From: Spirochaetota bacterium
GTDB lineage: Bacteria; Spirochaetota; UBA6919; CBDBPB01
Length of the DNA stretch: 64,000 nucleotides
Assembly (NCBI GenBank): GCA_965208615.1
Contig: CBDBPB010000006.1
Coordinates: 32,001 to 96,000, forward strand
Direction of reading: 5' to 3'
Of this stretch, positions 1 to 9,988 are shown piece by piece; positions within the stretch are counted from its first letter, which is position 1; the number at the start of each line of letters is the position of its first letter. Both the position numbers and the translations under genes were made by a program. The notes under the pieces are model-generated. The model did not search any database, was not told where the DNA came from, and was given only the letters and a program-made list of their open reading frames with translations.

Positions 1-357
1 ATGAGGTTATGGAATTAGTTAAATCTAGTACTAGTATAAGTGTTAGTAATAATTTAAGGGAGTCTCTTAAGAATGCGGATATTGTTTATACTGATAGTTG
101 GGTGGATATGGAGTTTTTTAATGATTCTAAGTTTGAAAAAGAGAAAAAGAGAAGAATTGATCTTATGACGCCTTATCAGTTAAACGAGGATAATTTAAGG
201 GGGGCTAATGTTTTGGTTATGCATGACATGCCTATTCACGAGGGTTATGAGATTAGTCGTTCGGTTATAGAGAGTGAGAGGTCTATTATATTTGATCAGA
301 GGTGAGAATCGTCTTCATGGCCAGAAGGCGGTTTTATTAAGGCTTTTGAATAATTAG
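1..357 (+). CDS. argF: Ornithine carbamoyltransferase, 3' part; starts before the window, apparent 1-nt insertion at ~300
   Basis: ADIVYTDSWVDM and MHDMP motifs. The conserved tail (DQ)GENRLHGQKAVLL continues in the +1 frame from 301 to TAG at 355-357. Confidence 0.85.
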
Positions 358-365
358 GTGATAAC

Positions 366-1331
366 ATGAATATATTGGTAACGGGTGGTGCAGGGTTTAT
401 AGGTTCACATTTATGCGAGTATTTAAGTAGTAAAGGACATCAGATATTTTGTTTGGATAATTTTAATAATTTTTATGATCCTCTTATAAAGCGTAATAAT
501 ATTAAGGGTTTGCTTAACAGCGATCATTTTACACTTTTTGAGGTTGATTTTACTGAGTATAACAAGCTAGAGGCTATTTTTAAGGATTACTCATTTGATA
601 TGATAATTCATTTAGCGGCAATGGCTGGCGTTAGGCCTAGTATAGAGGATCCACTTTTGTATAATAAGGTTAATATTACTGGCCTAATGCACTTATTAGA
701 GATGGCTAAGGTGTTTAATGTACCTTATTTTATATTTGGATCGTCGTCATCGATTTATGGACTAAATAAGAAAACTCCTTTTTCTGAGGATGACTTTGTT
801 GACTATCCAATATCGCCTTATGCGGCTACTAAGAAGGCTGGTGAGCTTATATGTCATACATATTATCATCTTCATAAGATTAGTATTATATCCCTAAGGT
901 TTTTCACAGTATACGGCCCAAGACAGAGGCCTGACTTAGCAATACATAAGTTTACTGATTTGATTGATAGTGGTATAGCAATTCCAAAGTTTGGTGATGG
1001 CACTACTAAACGTGATTATACTTATGTGGATGATATTATTGATGGTATTGAAAAGTCTGTCAATTGGATTACAGAGCAAAAAGGACCTATTTATGAAGTT
1101 TTTAATCTTGGTGAGTCTCAGACTGTTGAGCTTAATAAGTTAATTTCTCTTATTGAAAGTGCATTAAATAAAACCGCTATTATTAAAGAGTTAGCCAATC
1201 AGCCTGGGGATGTACCTATTACTTTTGCTAATATTGACAAAGCTATACGTATATTGGGTTATAATCCTAAAACCAAGATCGAAGACGGTATTTTTAAGTT
1301 TATTAGTTGGTTTAGAGGGCTTAATATTTAG
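366..1331 (+). CDS. NAD-dependent nucleotide-sugar epimerase/dehydratase (UDP-glucuronate 4-epimerase-like)
   Basis: TGGAGFIG Rossmann motif, HLAAMAGVRPS, catalytic YAATK, RFFTVYGPRQRPD. Confidence 0.9.
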   Translation: MNILVTGGAGFIGSHLCEYLSSKGHQIFCLDNFNNFYDPLIKRNNIKGLLNSDHFTLFEVDFTEYNKLEAIFKDYSFDMIIHLAAMAGVRPSIEDPLLYNKVNITGLMHLLEMAKVFNVPYFIFGSSSSIYGLNKKTPFSEDDFVDYPISPYAATKKAGELICHTYYHLHKISIISLRFFTVYGPRQRPDLAIHKFTDLIDSGIAIPKFGDGTTKRDYTYVDDIIDGIEKSVNWITEQKGPIYEVFNLGESQTVELNKLISLIESALNKTAIIKELANQPGDVPITFANIDKAIRILGYNPKTKIEDGIFKFISWFRGLNI

Positions 1332-2070
1332 GGCTTTTTGCATTATGTAGAATACATATCCGTAATATTTTGAGTATTTTTTATATAAGTTAATCTCTAG
1401 TTGTTCTTCTTTGGCTATTTTTAGGGCATCATTATTATTTTGGTATTTAGTTATAAAGGCGTTAATATTGTTTTGGAGTGGGTTATAGTAGTCATCGAAC
1501 CAGGCATTTTCTGATAGTATAAAGTGGTTAATTATGTTATAGCCTGCATTTTTGATTATATTTAGATTAGTTTGTATATTTTTAATATTTGGGTAATTAT
1601 CTTTCCAGAACTTTGTTATTTCGTTAGGCGGATCATCTTTAAGCCATGATATATGGCTAACAGCAATATACCCTTTTGTTTTTAGTAGTTTTTTCCATTG
1701 TTTTATTCCTTTTTCAAAGCCTATTATATATATTGATCCTTCTGCCCATATAGCATTAAACGAGTTATTTTTAAAGTTTAGGTTATTCATATCGGCATTT
1801 TCAGTTTTTATTTTGTCGAATAGCTTAAGCTTTTCTATTTGATTATTCAGGCTGTCCAAAAAGGGGTTGATGGTTATCTATGGCGGTAATAATAGAATTT
1901 GGGTTAATATTATATAGGTCTATAGTTTGTTTACCGTTAGCACAGCCAATATCTAGTATATGTGGGTTAGGACATAGATTTAAGCATTTATATGCTTTTT
2001 GGGTATAATAAGTATTACCTGGACCTTGTCTTGGTAGGTTGTTGTGTAGTTCGAAGAATAGCTTGTTCAT
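1328..2070 (-). CDS. Class I SAM-dependent methyltransferase (~246 aa), split by apparent indels
   Basis: ORF 1843..2070 (LPRQGPG, ILDIGCANG) and ORF 1191..1859 (AIWAEGSIYIIGF, YGYVFYI) join at the A5/G4 run 1858-1866. Removing one T from run 1335-1339 gives a stop at 1328-1330 and removes the 140-nt overlap with the epimerase. Confidence 0.8.
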
Positions 2071-3110
2071 TTTGCTACTTCAGTTATCAGTTGTCCACAT
2101 GCGGCTGATATATCTTTTCCTTTACGTTTTCTTTGTACAACTTCTATTTTTGAGTATTTAAATAGTTGATTAAAGAAGAATACATCACTATTTGACGGTG
2201 ATGTATATTCACAATTGGGTATGGGGTTAAATGGTATTAGGTTAAGGTTAAACTTTAGTTCTTTGGATAGTTTTATAATTTCTTTGGCATGTTTTTTAGT
2301 CATGTTTATATCTTTTATCATTACGTATTCTATGGTTATACGTTTATTAGTTTTTTGTTGATAATATTTGCATGCGTTTATTATATCTTTTAGGTTATTA
2401 TTTCTTTTAGAGAAGGGCATAAGTTTTTCTCTATCTGTTTGTGTGGGAGAGTTGAGGGATAGAGCAAGGTTTACATTTAATTCTTCATTAGCGAGTTTTC
2501 GTATACCTCTGGTTATGCCTGCTGTGGATAGGGTAATTCTTTTAGCACCGAAATTAGTTCCTTCTTTGGAGTTTATTATTTTTATAGACTTAATTACATT
2601 ATTATAGTTTAGTAAAGGCTCACCCATGCCCATGAATACTATATTATCTATGGAACCGTGATTTTTTTTAGCATGCATTAGTTGTGCGACTATTTCATCG
2701 GATAGTAAATTTCTTTTTAGTCCCATTTGTCCTGTTGAACAGAACGGACACTTAAGGGGACATCCTACTTGAGATGATATACACAGGGTAGTTTCGATTA
2801 TTATCAAATAATTATTTACAGATTCAATTTTATTATTGTCATTCAGGTTAAATAGGTATTTATATGTTTTACATTTGTAGTCTATTTGTTGTTTAGTTTG
2901 TTCTATTGGGTTTAGTATAAAGTTATTATTTAGTATATTTATTAGTGAGTTGGGGATGTTTGTTATATCTGAGAACTTATTTATTTCTTTTTGGTAGATA
3001 AAGTCATATATTTGTTTTGCTCTATAGGACTCATATTTATTGTTTATTAAGAATTGTTTTAATTCGTCAAAGGTTAGGGATAGGATTGACGGTATCTTAT
3101 TATTATTCAT
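2067..3110 (-). CDS. rlmN: 23S rRNA (A2503)/tRNA C2-methyltransferase RlmN
   Basis: CISSQVGCPLKCPFC radical-SAM motif, MGMGEP, C-terminal AACGQL. Confidence 0.95.
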   Translation of the reverse strand: MNNNKIPSILSLTFDELKQFLINNKYESYRAKQIYDFIYQKEINKFSDITNIPNSLINILNNNFILNPIEQTKQQIDYKCKTYKYLFNLNDNNKIESVNNYLIIIETTLCISSQVGCPLKCPFCSTGQMGLKRNLLSDEIVAQLMHAKKNHGSIDNIVFMGMGEPLLNYNNVIKSIKIINSKEGTNFGAKRITLSTAGITRGIRKLANEELNVNLALSLNSPTQTDREKLMPFSKRNNNLKDIINACKYYQQKTNKRITIEYVMIKDINMTKKHAKEIIKLSKELKFNLNLIPFNPIPNCEYTSPSNSDVFFFNQLFKYSKIEVVQRKRKGKDISAACGQLITEVAK

Positions 3111-3239
3111 ATTAAAATATACTTATAACTTCATAAAAGTAAATTAAAATCTTGTATTATAGTTAGTTTTGCTTGGTATACAAAGCGGGATCATCAATTG
3201 TATTATTGAGTTTTCATGATTTTTTATATTGGGGGATAT

Positions 3240-3776
3240 ATGATTAATTTTAGATTATCTATAGGGGTTATTCTATTTATGGTATTAGGTTGTGGTGACA
3301 TAGAGGATAGAAAGCTTTATAACAAAGAGAATACAGATATATCTAAAGTAAAGATAGTTAAAAAGGGTTCTAGAATTAAGGTTCACTATATCCTTAAGCT
3401 GGATGATGGAACTGTTGTTATTAACTCAAGAAATACAGGGCCATTAGAGGTTAGAGTAGGGGATAAGCCTGGGATTAAGGAGTTTAATAATGCATTAGAG
3501 GGGATGAGATTAAACGATATTAAAAAGCTTATTATAGAGCCTCCTGGAGGATATGGTTATCGTGATGAAAATTTAGTTATGGATTTAAATAAAGATGAGT
3601 TTTTTGGTGAGAGTGCTGATCTAATAAGGGGTAGAACTGTTCATATAACAAAGGATGGAATTACAAAGCCGGCAAGAATAGTTAAAGTTGAAGGAGATAT
3701 TATAACTGTTGATTTTAATCATCCTATGGCTGGAAAGACTTTATATTATGAGATTGAGGTTGTTGATATTAATTAG
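3240..3776 (+). CDS. FKBP-type peptidyl-prolyl isomerase with insert-in-flap domain (SlyD/FkpB-like), predicted lipoprotein
   Basis: VHYILKLDDG, GYG, VDFNHPMAGKTL motifs. ATG 3240 follows GGGGG, and the hydrophobic N-terminus ends in VLGC. ORF track start is 3216. Confidence 0.85.
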   Translation: MINFRLSIGVILFMVLGCGDIEDRKLYNKENTDISKVKIVKKGSRIKVHYILKLDDGTVVINSRNTGPLEVRVGDKPGIKEFNNALEGMRLNDIKKLIIEPPGGYGYRDENLVMDLNKDEFFGESADLIRGRTVHITKDGITKPARIVKVEGDIITVDFNHPMAGKTLYYEIEVVDIN

Positions 3777-5493
3777 CTGAGGTATTCCTTATTAGTTTTT
3801 TGGTATTACTTATAAAGTTTTGTATTTTGTTAGCCAGCTTAGGATCATCATACATTGCATTGGGGACTATGAGAATAATTGCTTTATTATTAGTTGGAGG
3901 GGGATTATATGTAATTGTAATTTTTTTATTATTCTTTGATAGAATTATATCCCCTTTGTCATTTTTTATTCTATTATACCCCTTTTTTTGTAGATATAGG
4001 GCTAATGCTCTGTTATAAGCAGGCCAAAATAATAGATTAGGATGTTTTGGAAAAACTAATATAAAAGATGCAGGCGATGACTCAATAAGGCTAAATAACT
4101 GCCATCCTAGTTCAGGAAAGGGCTTATCTCTAGTTTCTCTAACATTATGATAGCCTTGTAGGTATGCCCCTGTATACCTAAGTCCGTCATGGGTATAGAT
4201 TTTTTGAGGTTCTCTGGTAATTCTTAAATATGGAAAGTAGTTATCTTTTACTTCAATAGAGTAAAACTGCATAAATAATATGAAAGTTAGTAGTCCATAT
4301 TTTAGGTATTTGGGATTTATTTTGGATTTTATATTATCTATTATATCGGCTAATAGTAGTGGGATAAAGAATAAAAGAGGGACTAAATATTTAGGGGAGC
4401 CTAATAGTTTTATTGGATACAAAAGAAAAACAAGGGGAATTAAAATTAAAAAGTTTATCCATTGTTTTAGTTTAATATTCTTCACTAAAAATAGAATACT
4501 GTAAAAATATATACAAAGCCATACAACAAGGGGAGTAAGAGAGAAAAAGTTGAATATCATATTTTCTAAAGTTAATCCCCAAAGTTTGGTTACGTTTTCA
4601 ATGCTATGAAAGTTTAGTATATCTAATAGTTTTTGTGGAGCAAAGATATTAAAGATAAGGGATATAATTAATATTATTAGTCCTCCTAGCAAAAAGGGGA
4701 TTATTGTTTTAAGGTTTTTGTTTTGTTGCAGGTAAATATATATTATCATGGGTAGACCAAGACAAAAGTCAATTCTAAAAAGGCAGGATATTGCAAATAT
4801 AACTCCGCTTGATAGGGCTAAGTACTTTTTCGGTTTATCCCTATAGCTATATACTAAAAATAGTGATATACCAAAGAATGCCATAGCAAAAGCTGTACTA
4901 TTATAATATAACATAGTCATAAAGAGTTCTGGCAGGATGAACAGTAAGGCAAAAGAAAGACCTATACTTAGTTGTTTTTTACTGTGTAAATAGATAGTTG
5001 CACTTAGGAAGGAAATACCTATACTTCCAAAGATTGCTGGAGTAATATATAAAAGTTCTATATCGTTAAATATATAGTAGATTAGTCGGTTTAGCTCAAA
5101 GGATAAGGGGTGCAGGTGATATCTATATGCTTCAGAGCCGTATTCTGCGGCATTAACAATTCCATCAATTTGTACTATATCATCTCCTTCAAAGCCGTTA
5201 CGGTTAGCAAAGTATATTCCAAAGGCTAAGCTAAGGGCATATATAACAATCATCCTTAGGTATAAGGAGTTAATAAAATAGTTATTAATAGGTTTAATAT
5301 ATTGCCATAATTTTAGTATGCCATCTTTTTTTTGATAGATTATTATTAAAGATCCGATAACTATTGATATAGCCTGAAAGAAGAGTATAGCGTCATATAA
5401 ATCTTTATTTAATGTTTTTATTAATCCAACTATTATTCCAAAAACTATTATTGCTATCGCTGTAATAGTTAATGGATTATTATAACTTTTCAT
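3769..5493 (-). CDS. Polytopic membrane protein, probable GT-C-fold glycosyltransferase
   Basis: About 12 hydrophobic segments, an acidic EGDD motif in the first loop, CLFRID and KYLVP motifs. Family assignment is inferred. Confidence 0.5.
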   Translation of the reverse strand: MKSYNNPLTITAIAIIVFGIIVGLIKTLNKDLYDAILFFQAISIVIGSLIIIYQKKDGILKLWQYIKPINNYFINSLYLRMIVIYALSLAFGIYFANRNGFEGDDIVQIDGIVNAAEYGSEAYRYHLHPLSFELNRLIYYIFNDIELLYITPAIFGSIGISFLSATIYLHSKKQLSIGLSFALLFILPELFMTMLYYNSTAFAMAFFGISLFLVYSYRDKPKKYLALSSGVIFAISCLFRIDFCLGLPMIIYIYLQQNKNLKTIIPFLLGGLIILIISLIFNIFAPQKLLDILNFHSIENVTKLWGLTLENMIFNFFSLTPLVVWLCIYFYSILFLVKNIKLKQWINFLILIPLVFLLYPIKLLGSPKYLVPLLFFIPLLLADIIDNIKSKINPKYLKYGLLTFILFMQFYSIEVKDNYFPYLRITREPQKIYTHDGLRYTGAYLQGYHNVRETRDKPFPELGWQLFSLIESSPASFILVFPKHPNLLFWPAYNRALALYLQKKGYNRIKNDKGDIILSKNNKKITITYNPPPTNNKAIILIVPNAMYDDPKLANKIQNFISNTKKLIRNTSAN

Positions 5494-5510
5494 ATAAACT
5501 TTAGTTAGGC

Positions 5511-6731
5511 TTATTTAGTATTTAATGACCAGTCATAATTTAAAAATTTAATATCATAGACTAATAAATCTGATGCCTCATCTTTTTTGTATTTGTGTAT
5601 AAACTGCTTTAAGCCTGCAAACTCTCCAGTAAAGGCTGGCTTATAGGCATTATCTAGTATAAAGTCATTCTTAAACCAGTTAAAGATTCTACTAAGGCTA
5701 ATTACTTTATTTTTTTTATCAATTTTTAGTCCGTATGATGAGTTTAAGTAATTTTTTATGTTATTGTTTAGTACTTCGTTAATATTTTCACCTTTATAGC
5801 TAGTGCTTAGTAGTATAGGACATCCTTTAGCTCCGCATACAAGAGCAAAGTGTGTTTTATAGTTATTAAACTCTCTTTTTATGACGTTATTTTCTAAGTG
5901 GTTTAGCGACATTTTAGTACCTGCAACACTGTACTTTTTTCTATTGAAGAAATTACTAATAGTTCTAACTCCTTTATGGCTGTTTTTAATTTCGTTATAG
6001 TCGTCTAATACCATTTTTATAACTATGGCATTATATGCGTTAATATAGAATGCAAGACGATCATTTTTATTAAGTTTTTTTAGGTGTATATTTCTTTGAA
6101 CATACTTAAGGTAGTTGTAAAAATGCTTATTCCTAAACTTTGGATAATCAAGTAGTCCATTTTTAACATGGGTTTTAAGGAGATTATCATAATCTTTTTT
6201 AGCTTTTTCAATAAAACTTTTTGCTAATCCATATTCCAAAGGATATTTTCTTTTATTCCAGCCGTGCATACCCTCTGCTACGTTATATATATTAGTAAAG
6301 CCGTGTTTAGCCATTTCTTCGTATGCCCATAATGACCTTACTCCTAGAGTGCAAATTAGATATATTCTTTGATCTTTTTTTAGGTTATCAATTACGGTTT
6401 TTTCTTTTATTTTGTTATTTAGTCTGTCTATTATGTTTTTATAGTTTTGAAATAATGCTCCTTTTATATGTCCACCTTTAGTATTCCAATCTTTTAGCTC
6501 CATGTTATCAAATTCTTCGATAGATCGTACATCTAAGATTATAATTTCTTTTTTATTATTTTTAGCATTTTTCCATTTAGTATAAAGCTCTTCTATGCTA
6601 ATATTGTTAATTTTTGCAGTACGTCTTTTAATTGAGTCAAAGTCTATGCCTTGGTTGATAGACTTACTACAATTAGTTATCATGATTATGCTAAATATTA
6701 ATATTAATATTAAGTTAAGAGATTTTTTCAT
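5511..6731 (-). CDS. Lipoprotein with rhodanese and DUF547 domains
   Basis: Lipobox ITNC. Rhodanese motifs ILDVR..EF..GHIKGA, CTLGVRS and EGMHGW. DUF547 motifs RLAFYINAYNA, HFALVCGAKGCP, LSRIFNWFKNDF and YDWSLN. Confidence 0.8.
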   Translation of the reverse strand: MKKSLNLILILIFSIIMITNCSKSINQGIDFDSIKRRTAKINNISIEELYTKWKNAKNNKKEIIILDVRSIEEFDNMELKDWNTKGGHIKGALFQNYKNIIDRLNNKIKEKTVIDNLKKDQRIYLICTLGVRSLWAYEEMAKHGFTNIYNVAEGMHGWNKRKYPLEYGLAKSFIEKAKKDYDNLLKTHVKNGLLDYPKFRNKHFYNYLKYVQRNIHLKKLNKNDRLAFYINAYNAIVIKMVLDDYNEIKNSHKGVRTISNFFNRKKYSVAGTKMSLNHLENNVIKREFNNYKTHFALVCGAKGCPILLSTSYKGENINEVLNNNIKNYLNSSYGLKIDKKNKVISLSRIFNWFKNDFILDNAYKPAFTGEFAGLKQFIHKYKKDEASDLLVYDIKFLNYDWSLNTK

Positions 6732-7006
6732 ATCTATGCCTTGGTTTATAAACCTTTGTTATTAAAGTTATTATTTTATTAAGTAAGGTTTTACGTAAAA
6801 AGCTTAAATATATCTTTTAAATAAAGATACATAATTTATTTTATTTGGCATATATGTTTTTTTTTATTATGATAGTTTTTTTTTTTATATAGTTGATATT
6901 ATATTAATACTATTGCACTTTGTATTTTAAAGTGTATTTAATATTATCAATATATTTTAGTTTTTGTTAGGTGTTATTTCATTCATATATTTTAGTGGAG
7001 GTTTAT

Positions 7007-8341
7007 ATGCCTAATCCTATTAAAGAAGGCGGTTTAGAGGCCCCTAAAAGAAAAAGTTGGGATTGGAAGAAAAAAAGCTTTTATGATGAAAGAGACTTAT
7101 TTCTTGAACTTGAAAGAGTATTTGATATATGTCATGGTTGTAGGCGTTGTTTTAATTTATGTAATGCTTTTCCTCTTTTGTTTGATATGATAGATAGTTC
7201 ATCTAGTGGAGAGCTTGATGGTGTTAATAGAAATAGGTATTGGGATATAGTTTCTGACTGCTATTTATGTGATATGTGTTTTATGGCTAAATGTCCTTAT
7301 ATACCTCCTCATCCTTTTAATATAGATTTTCCTGGTTTGATGTTAAGAGCAAAAGCTATTAGGTTTAAGAAAAAGGGGCTAACTTTTAGGGATAGAATAA
7401 TTAGTAATACAGATCTTCTTGGAAAGCTTAGTAGTATTCCTATTATTGCTCCTATCGTCAACTTAAAGATGAGAATACCCTTTATTCGCTGGGCAATGGA
7501 AAAGATAGTTAATATTCACTCTAAAGCTAAATTACCTAAGTTTAATGCTTATACCTTAAGACAGCGTATGTCTAAAAGAAAGCTAGCTCATGTTGATATA
7601 AATCCTGGTACTAAAACAACGGCTAGAGTTGTTTTATTTTCAACTTGTTATATAAACTATAATATGCCTAATTTGGGTGAGGATATTATAAAGGTTTTTG
7701 AACATAATAGCATTAAGGTTGTTTTAGCAAAAGCGGAAATATGTTGTGGGATGCCAAAGCTTGAGTTGGGGGATATTAATTCTGTTGTTAAGTCAATTGA
7801 TTATAATACAGATATTCTTTATAAATTTGTAAATGATGGTTGGGATATTGTTATTCCAATGCCTTCGTGTGCATTTATGGTTAAGGAAGTATGGCCTTTA
7901 TTGAAAAATGATGATAAGGTGAATATCGTTAGTCAAAGGGCTTTTGATCCATTTGAATACCTTATGAAAAGGCATAGTGAGGGACTTTTAAACCTTAGCT
8001 TTGTAAATAGCCTTGGAAAGATATCCCTGCATATACCCTGTCATAGTAGGGCTCAGAATATGGGTATGAAGACTTATGATTTTCTATCTTTAATACCTAA
8101 TACTTCAGTTTCGTCTATAGAGAGGTGTTCTGGCCATAATGGGACTTACTCATTTAAAAGTGAATCCCATATAAAGTCAATGAAGATTTGTGAGCCTGTT
8201 GCTAAACGGGTTAAAAACCTTAAGTCAGACTGTTATTCTAGTGATTGTCCTATGGCGGCTAAGCAAATAGAAAACTGTTTATCTGATGATAGTGAGTCTG
8301 TGCATCCGTTTACACTGGCAAGAAAAGCGTATGGGATATAA
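7007..8341 (+). CDS. Fe-S oxidoreductase (GlpC/HdrD-like, CCG domains), rubrerythrin-associated type
   Basis: CHGCRRCFNLC, CYLCDMCFMAKCPY, CCGMP, HIPCH..CSGH..DCPMA motifs. GGAGG at 6997-7001 precedes ATG 7007. Confidence 0.85.
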   Translation: MPNPIKEGGLEAPKRKSWDWKKKSFYDERDLFLELERVFDICHGCRRCFNLCNAFPLLFDMIDSSSSGELDGVNRNRYWDIVSDCYLCDMCFMAKCPYIPPHPFNIDFPGLMLRAKAIRFKKKGLTFRDRIISNTDLLGKLSSIPIIAPIVNLKMRIPFIRWAMEKIVNIHSKAKLPKFNAYTLRQRMSKRKLAHVDINPGTKTTARVVLFSTCYINYNMPNLGEDIIKVFEHNSIKVVLAKAEICCGMPKLELGDINSVVKSIDYNTDILYKFVNDGWDIVIPMPSCAFMVKEVWPLLKNDDKVNIVSQRAFDPFEYLMKRHSEGLLNLSFVNSLGKISLHIPCHSRAQNMGMKTYDFLSLIPNTSVSSIERCSGHNGTYSFKSESHIKSMKICEPVAKRVKNLKSDCYSSDCPMAAKQIENCLSDDSESVHPFTLARKAYGI

Positions 8342-8344
8342 TTT

Positions 8345-8926
8345 ATGGAAAAACTTACTCGTAAAGATTTGTTTTCGCTGGAAGAGTATTCAGAAAAGCG
8401 AACTGAATTTAAAAAGAAGGTTATGGAACACAAAAAGAATAGATATATACAAATAGGCTTAAATACCTCTTTGTATTTTGAGAATCGTCTTACAATGCAC
8501 TACCAAATACAGGAGATGCTTAGAGCAGAAAGGATTTTTGAGGCATCTGGGATAGATGCTGAACTAGCCGTATATAACCCCCTTATTCCGGATGGTTCAA
8601 ACTGGAAAGCAACTTTTATGATCGAATTTGCTGATGTAGATAAACGACGATCTGCTCTTGCTAAGATGATTCATATTGAGGATAAAGTTTGGGTAGAGGT
8701 TAAAGGTTATGGTCGTGTGTGGTCTATTGCAGATGAAGACTTAGAAAGAGAGAATATGAAAAAAACATCTTCTGTTCATTTTTTACGTTTTGAACTTAAT
8801 CCAGAGATGATAGCAGGATTAAAGGCTGGAAGATCTGTTGCTATGGGAATAGATCATCCTGAATACTGCTATAAGGTTGACTCTATTCCTACAGCAGTAA
8901 GGGAAAGCCTTTTATGTGATTTTTAG
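8345..8926 (+). CDS. DUF3501 family protein
   Basis: FENRLTMHYQIQEMLRAER, YNPLIP, KATFMIE, KTSSVHFLRF. Lies directly downstream of its usual Fe-S oxidoreductase partner. Confidence 0.85.
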   Translation: MEKLTRKDLFSLEEYSEKRTEFKKKVMEHKKNRYIQIGLNTSLYFENRLTMHYQIQEMLRAERIFEASGIDAELAVYNPLIPDGSNWKATFMIEFADVDKRRSALAKMIHIEDKVWVEVKGYGRVWSIADEDLERENMKKTSSVHFLRFELNPEMIAGLKAGRSVAMGIDHPEYCYKVDSIPTAVRESLLCDF

Positions 8927-8933
8927 TAATAGT

Positions 8934-9581
8934 TTATATTATATATGAAAAGGCTAAAGCAAAACCTAATTTATTAGGTTTAAGACTAACAGAACTATAA
9001 TATATATTATTTAGAGCTAAACTATAACTAACGGATAGCTCGAGCAATATATTTTTTGTTATATAATATCCTATTCCGGCTTCTGAAAGAAAGGTTGCTC
9101 CAAGTTTAAATGTTCCAGTTGAGGTTTCAGTTACTCCTTTAGAGGTTTCGTGTTGTTTTGCATAGAGTGACTTTGAAAAACCAAAACCAGCACCAATATA
9201 AAAGGTAAATGGCGAATTAGTTGTTAATAGAGGCATAGGTCTAAAGCGAATGGTAAGATAACCCGCTATTATTAAATTAATTGCCTCATAGTTAGTGTTA
9301 TTGTGTTCAAATTTTAGTGTATAATATTTTAACCCTAGTCCAACGCCTATACCTAAGAAGTCATAAAACATATATTGACCGTTAAACATACCTCCATAAA
9401 GATAAGTAGTTTTATAAGATGAGTCTGAAGAAATAGTAGGCATAACTAATTCAAAGTTACCACTTGCCCCAAGACTACTACCTTTTTTGTCATAGGAATA
9501 TATATTACTAGTAAAGAAAAATAGACTGATTAATAATATAGTTAATTTGCCTATATATAAATAAGCCTTTATAAATTTCAT
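8934..9581 (-). CDS. Outer-membrane beta-barrel protein (8-stranded type)
   Basis: Signal peptide, alternating amphipathic Gly/aromatic strands (FYIGAGFGFS, EAGIGYY), C-terminal FSYII. Confidence 0.6.
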   Translation of the reverse strand: MKFIKAYLYIGKLTILLISLFFFTSNIYSYDKKGSSLGASGNFELVMPTISSDSSYKTTYLYGGMFNGQYMFYDFLGIGVGLGLKYYTLKFEHNNTNYEAINLIIAGYLTIRFRPMPLLTTNSPFTFYIGAGFGFSKSLYAKQHETSKGVTETSTGTFKLGATFLSEAGIGYYITKNILLELSVSYSLALNNIYYSSVSLKPNKLGFALAFSYII

Positions 9582-9936
9582 AATCTTTTCTCCGTTGCAA
9601 AATACTAAAGGGTTAGCAGTTTAATATACTATAGCTATTATTAATAATACTTTTATAAAGTTTTCTAAAGTAGTATAACTTGTTTTTTTTCTTAAAATTA
9701 TTATACTGCTTTATGATATAAAAATTTTAAAAAGCTGTTAGCTATTAGAAGGTTTTAATTAACCAATATAACAATAGTATTATAAATATATATAAAAAAT
9801 TATTTTTGTCTAAATTAAAGATATCTTTTATAAGAGAAATAATATCTTTTGATTATCTAATAATATATCTAAAGTATATTTGTTAATCAAGGGAGAAGGT
9901 AATTTTTTGTATTGTTAATAAAATATTGCTTTAGGG

Positions 9937-9965
9937 TTGACTATCATTGATAAGTAAAATATATT
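9937..9965 (+). promoter_or_regulatory. Sigma70-type promoter for the tRNA
   Basis: TTGACT (9937-9942), 17-nt spacer, TATATT (9960-9965), 23 nt upstream of the tRNA. Confidence 0.55.
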
Positions 9966-9988
9966 TTCTGTAAGCTTAATTAATATTT

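Noticed and set aside
303-305. In-frame TGA in argF as selenocysteine or a recoded stop
   Set aside because: The conserved ENRLH tail is in another frame and read-through gives non-OTC sequence. TGA also ends ftsI and rlmN normally.
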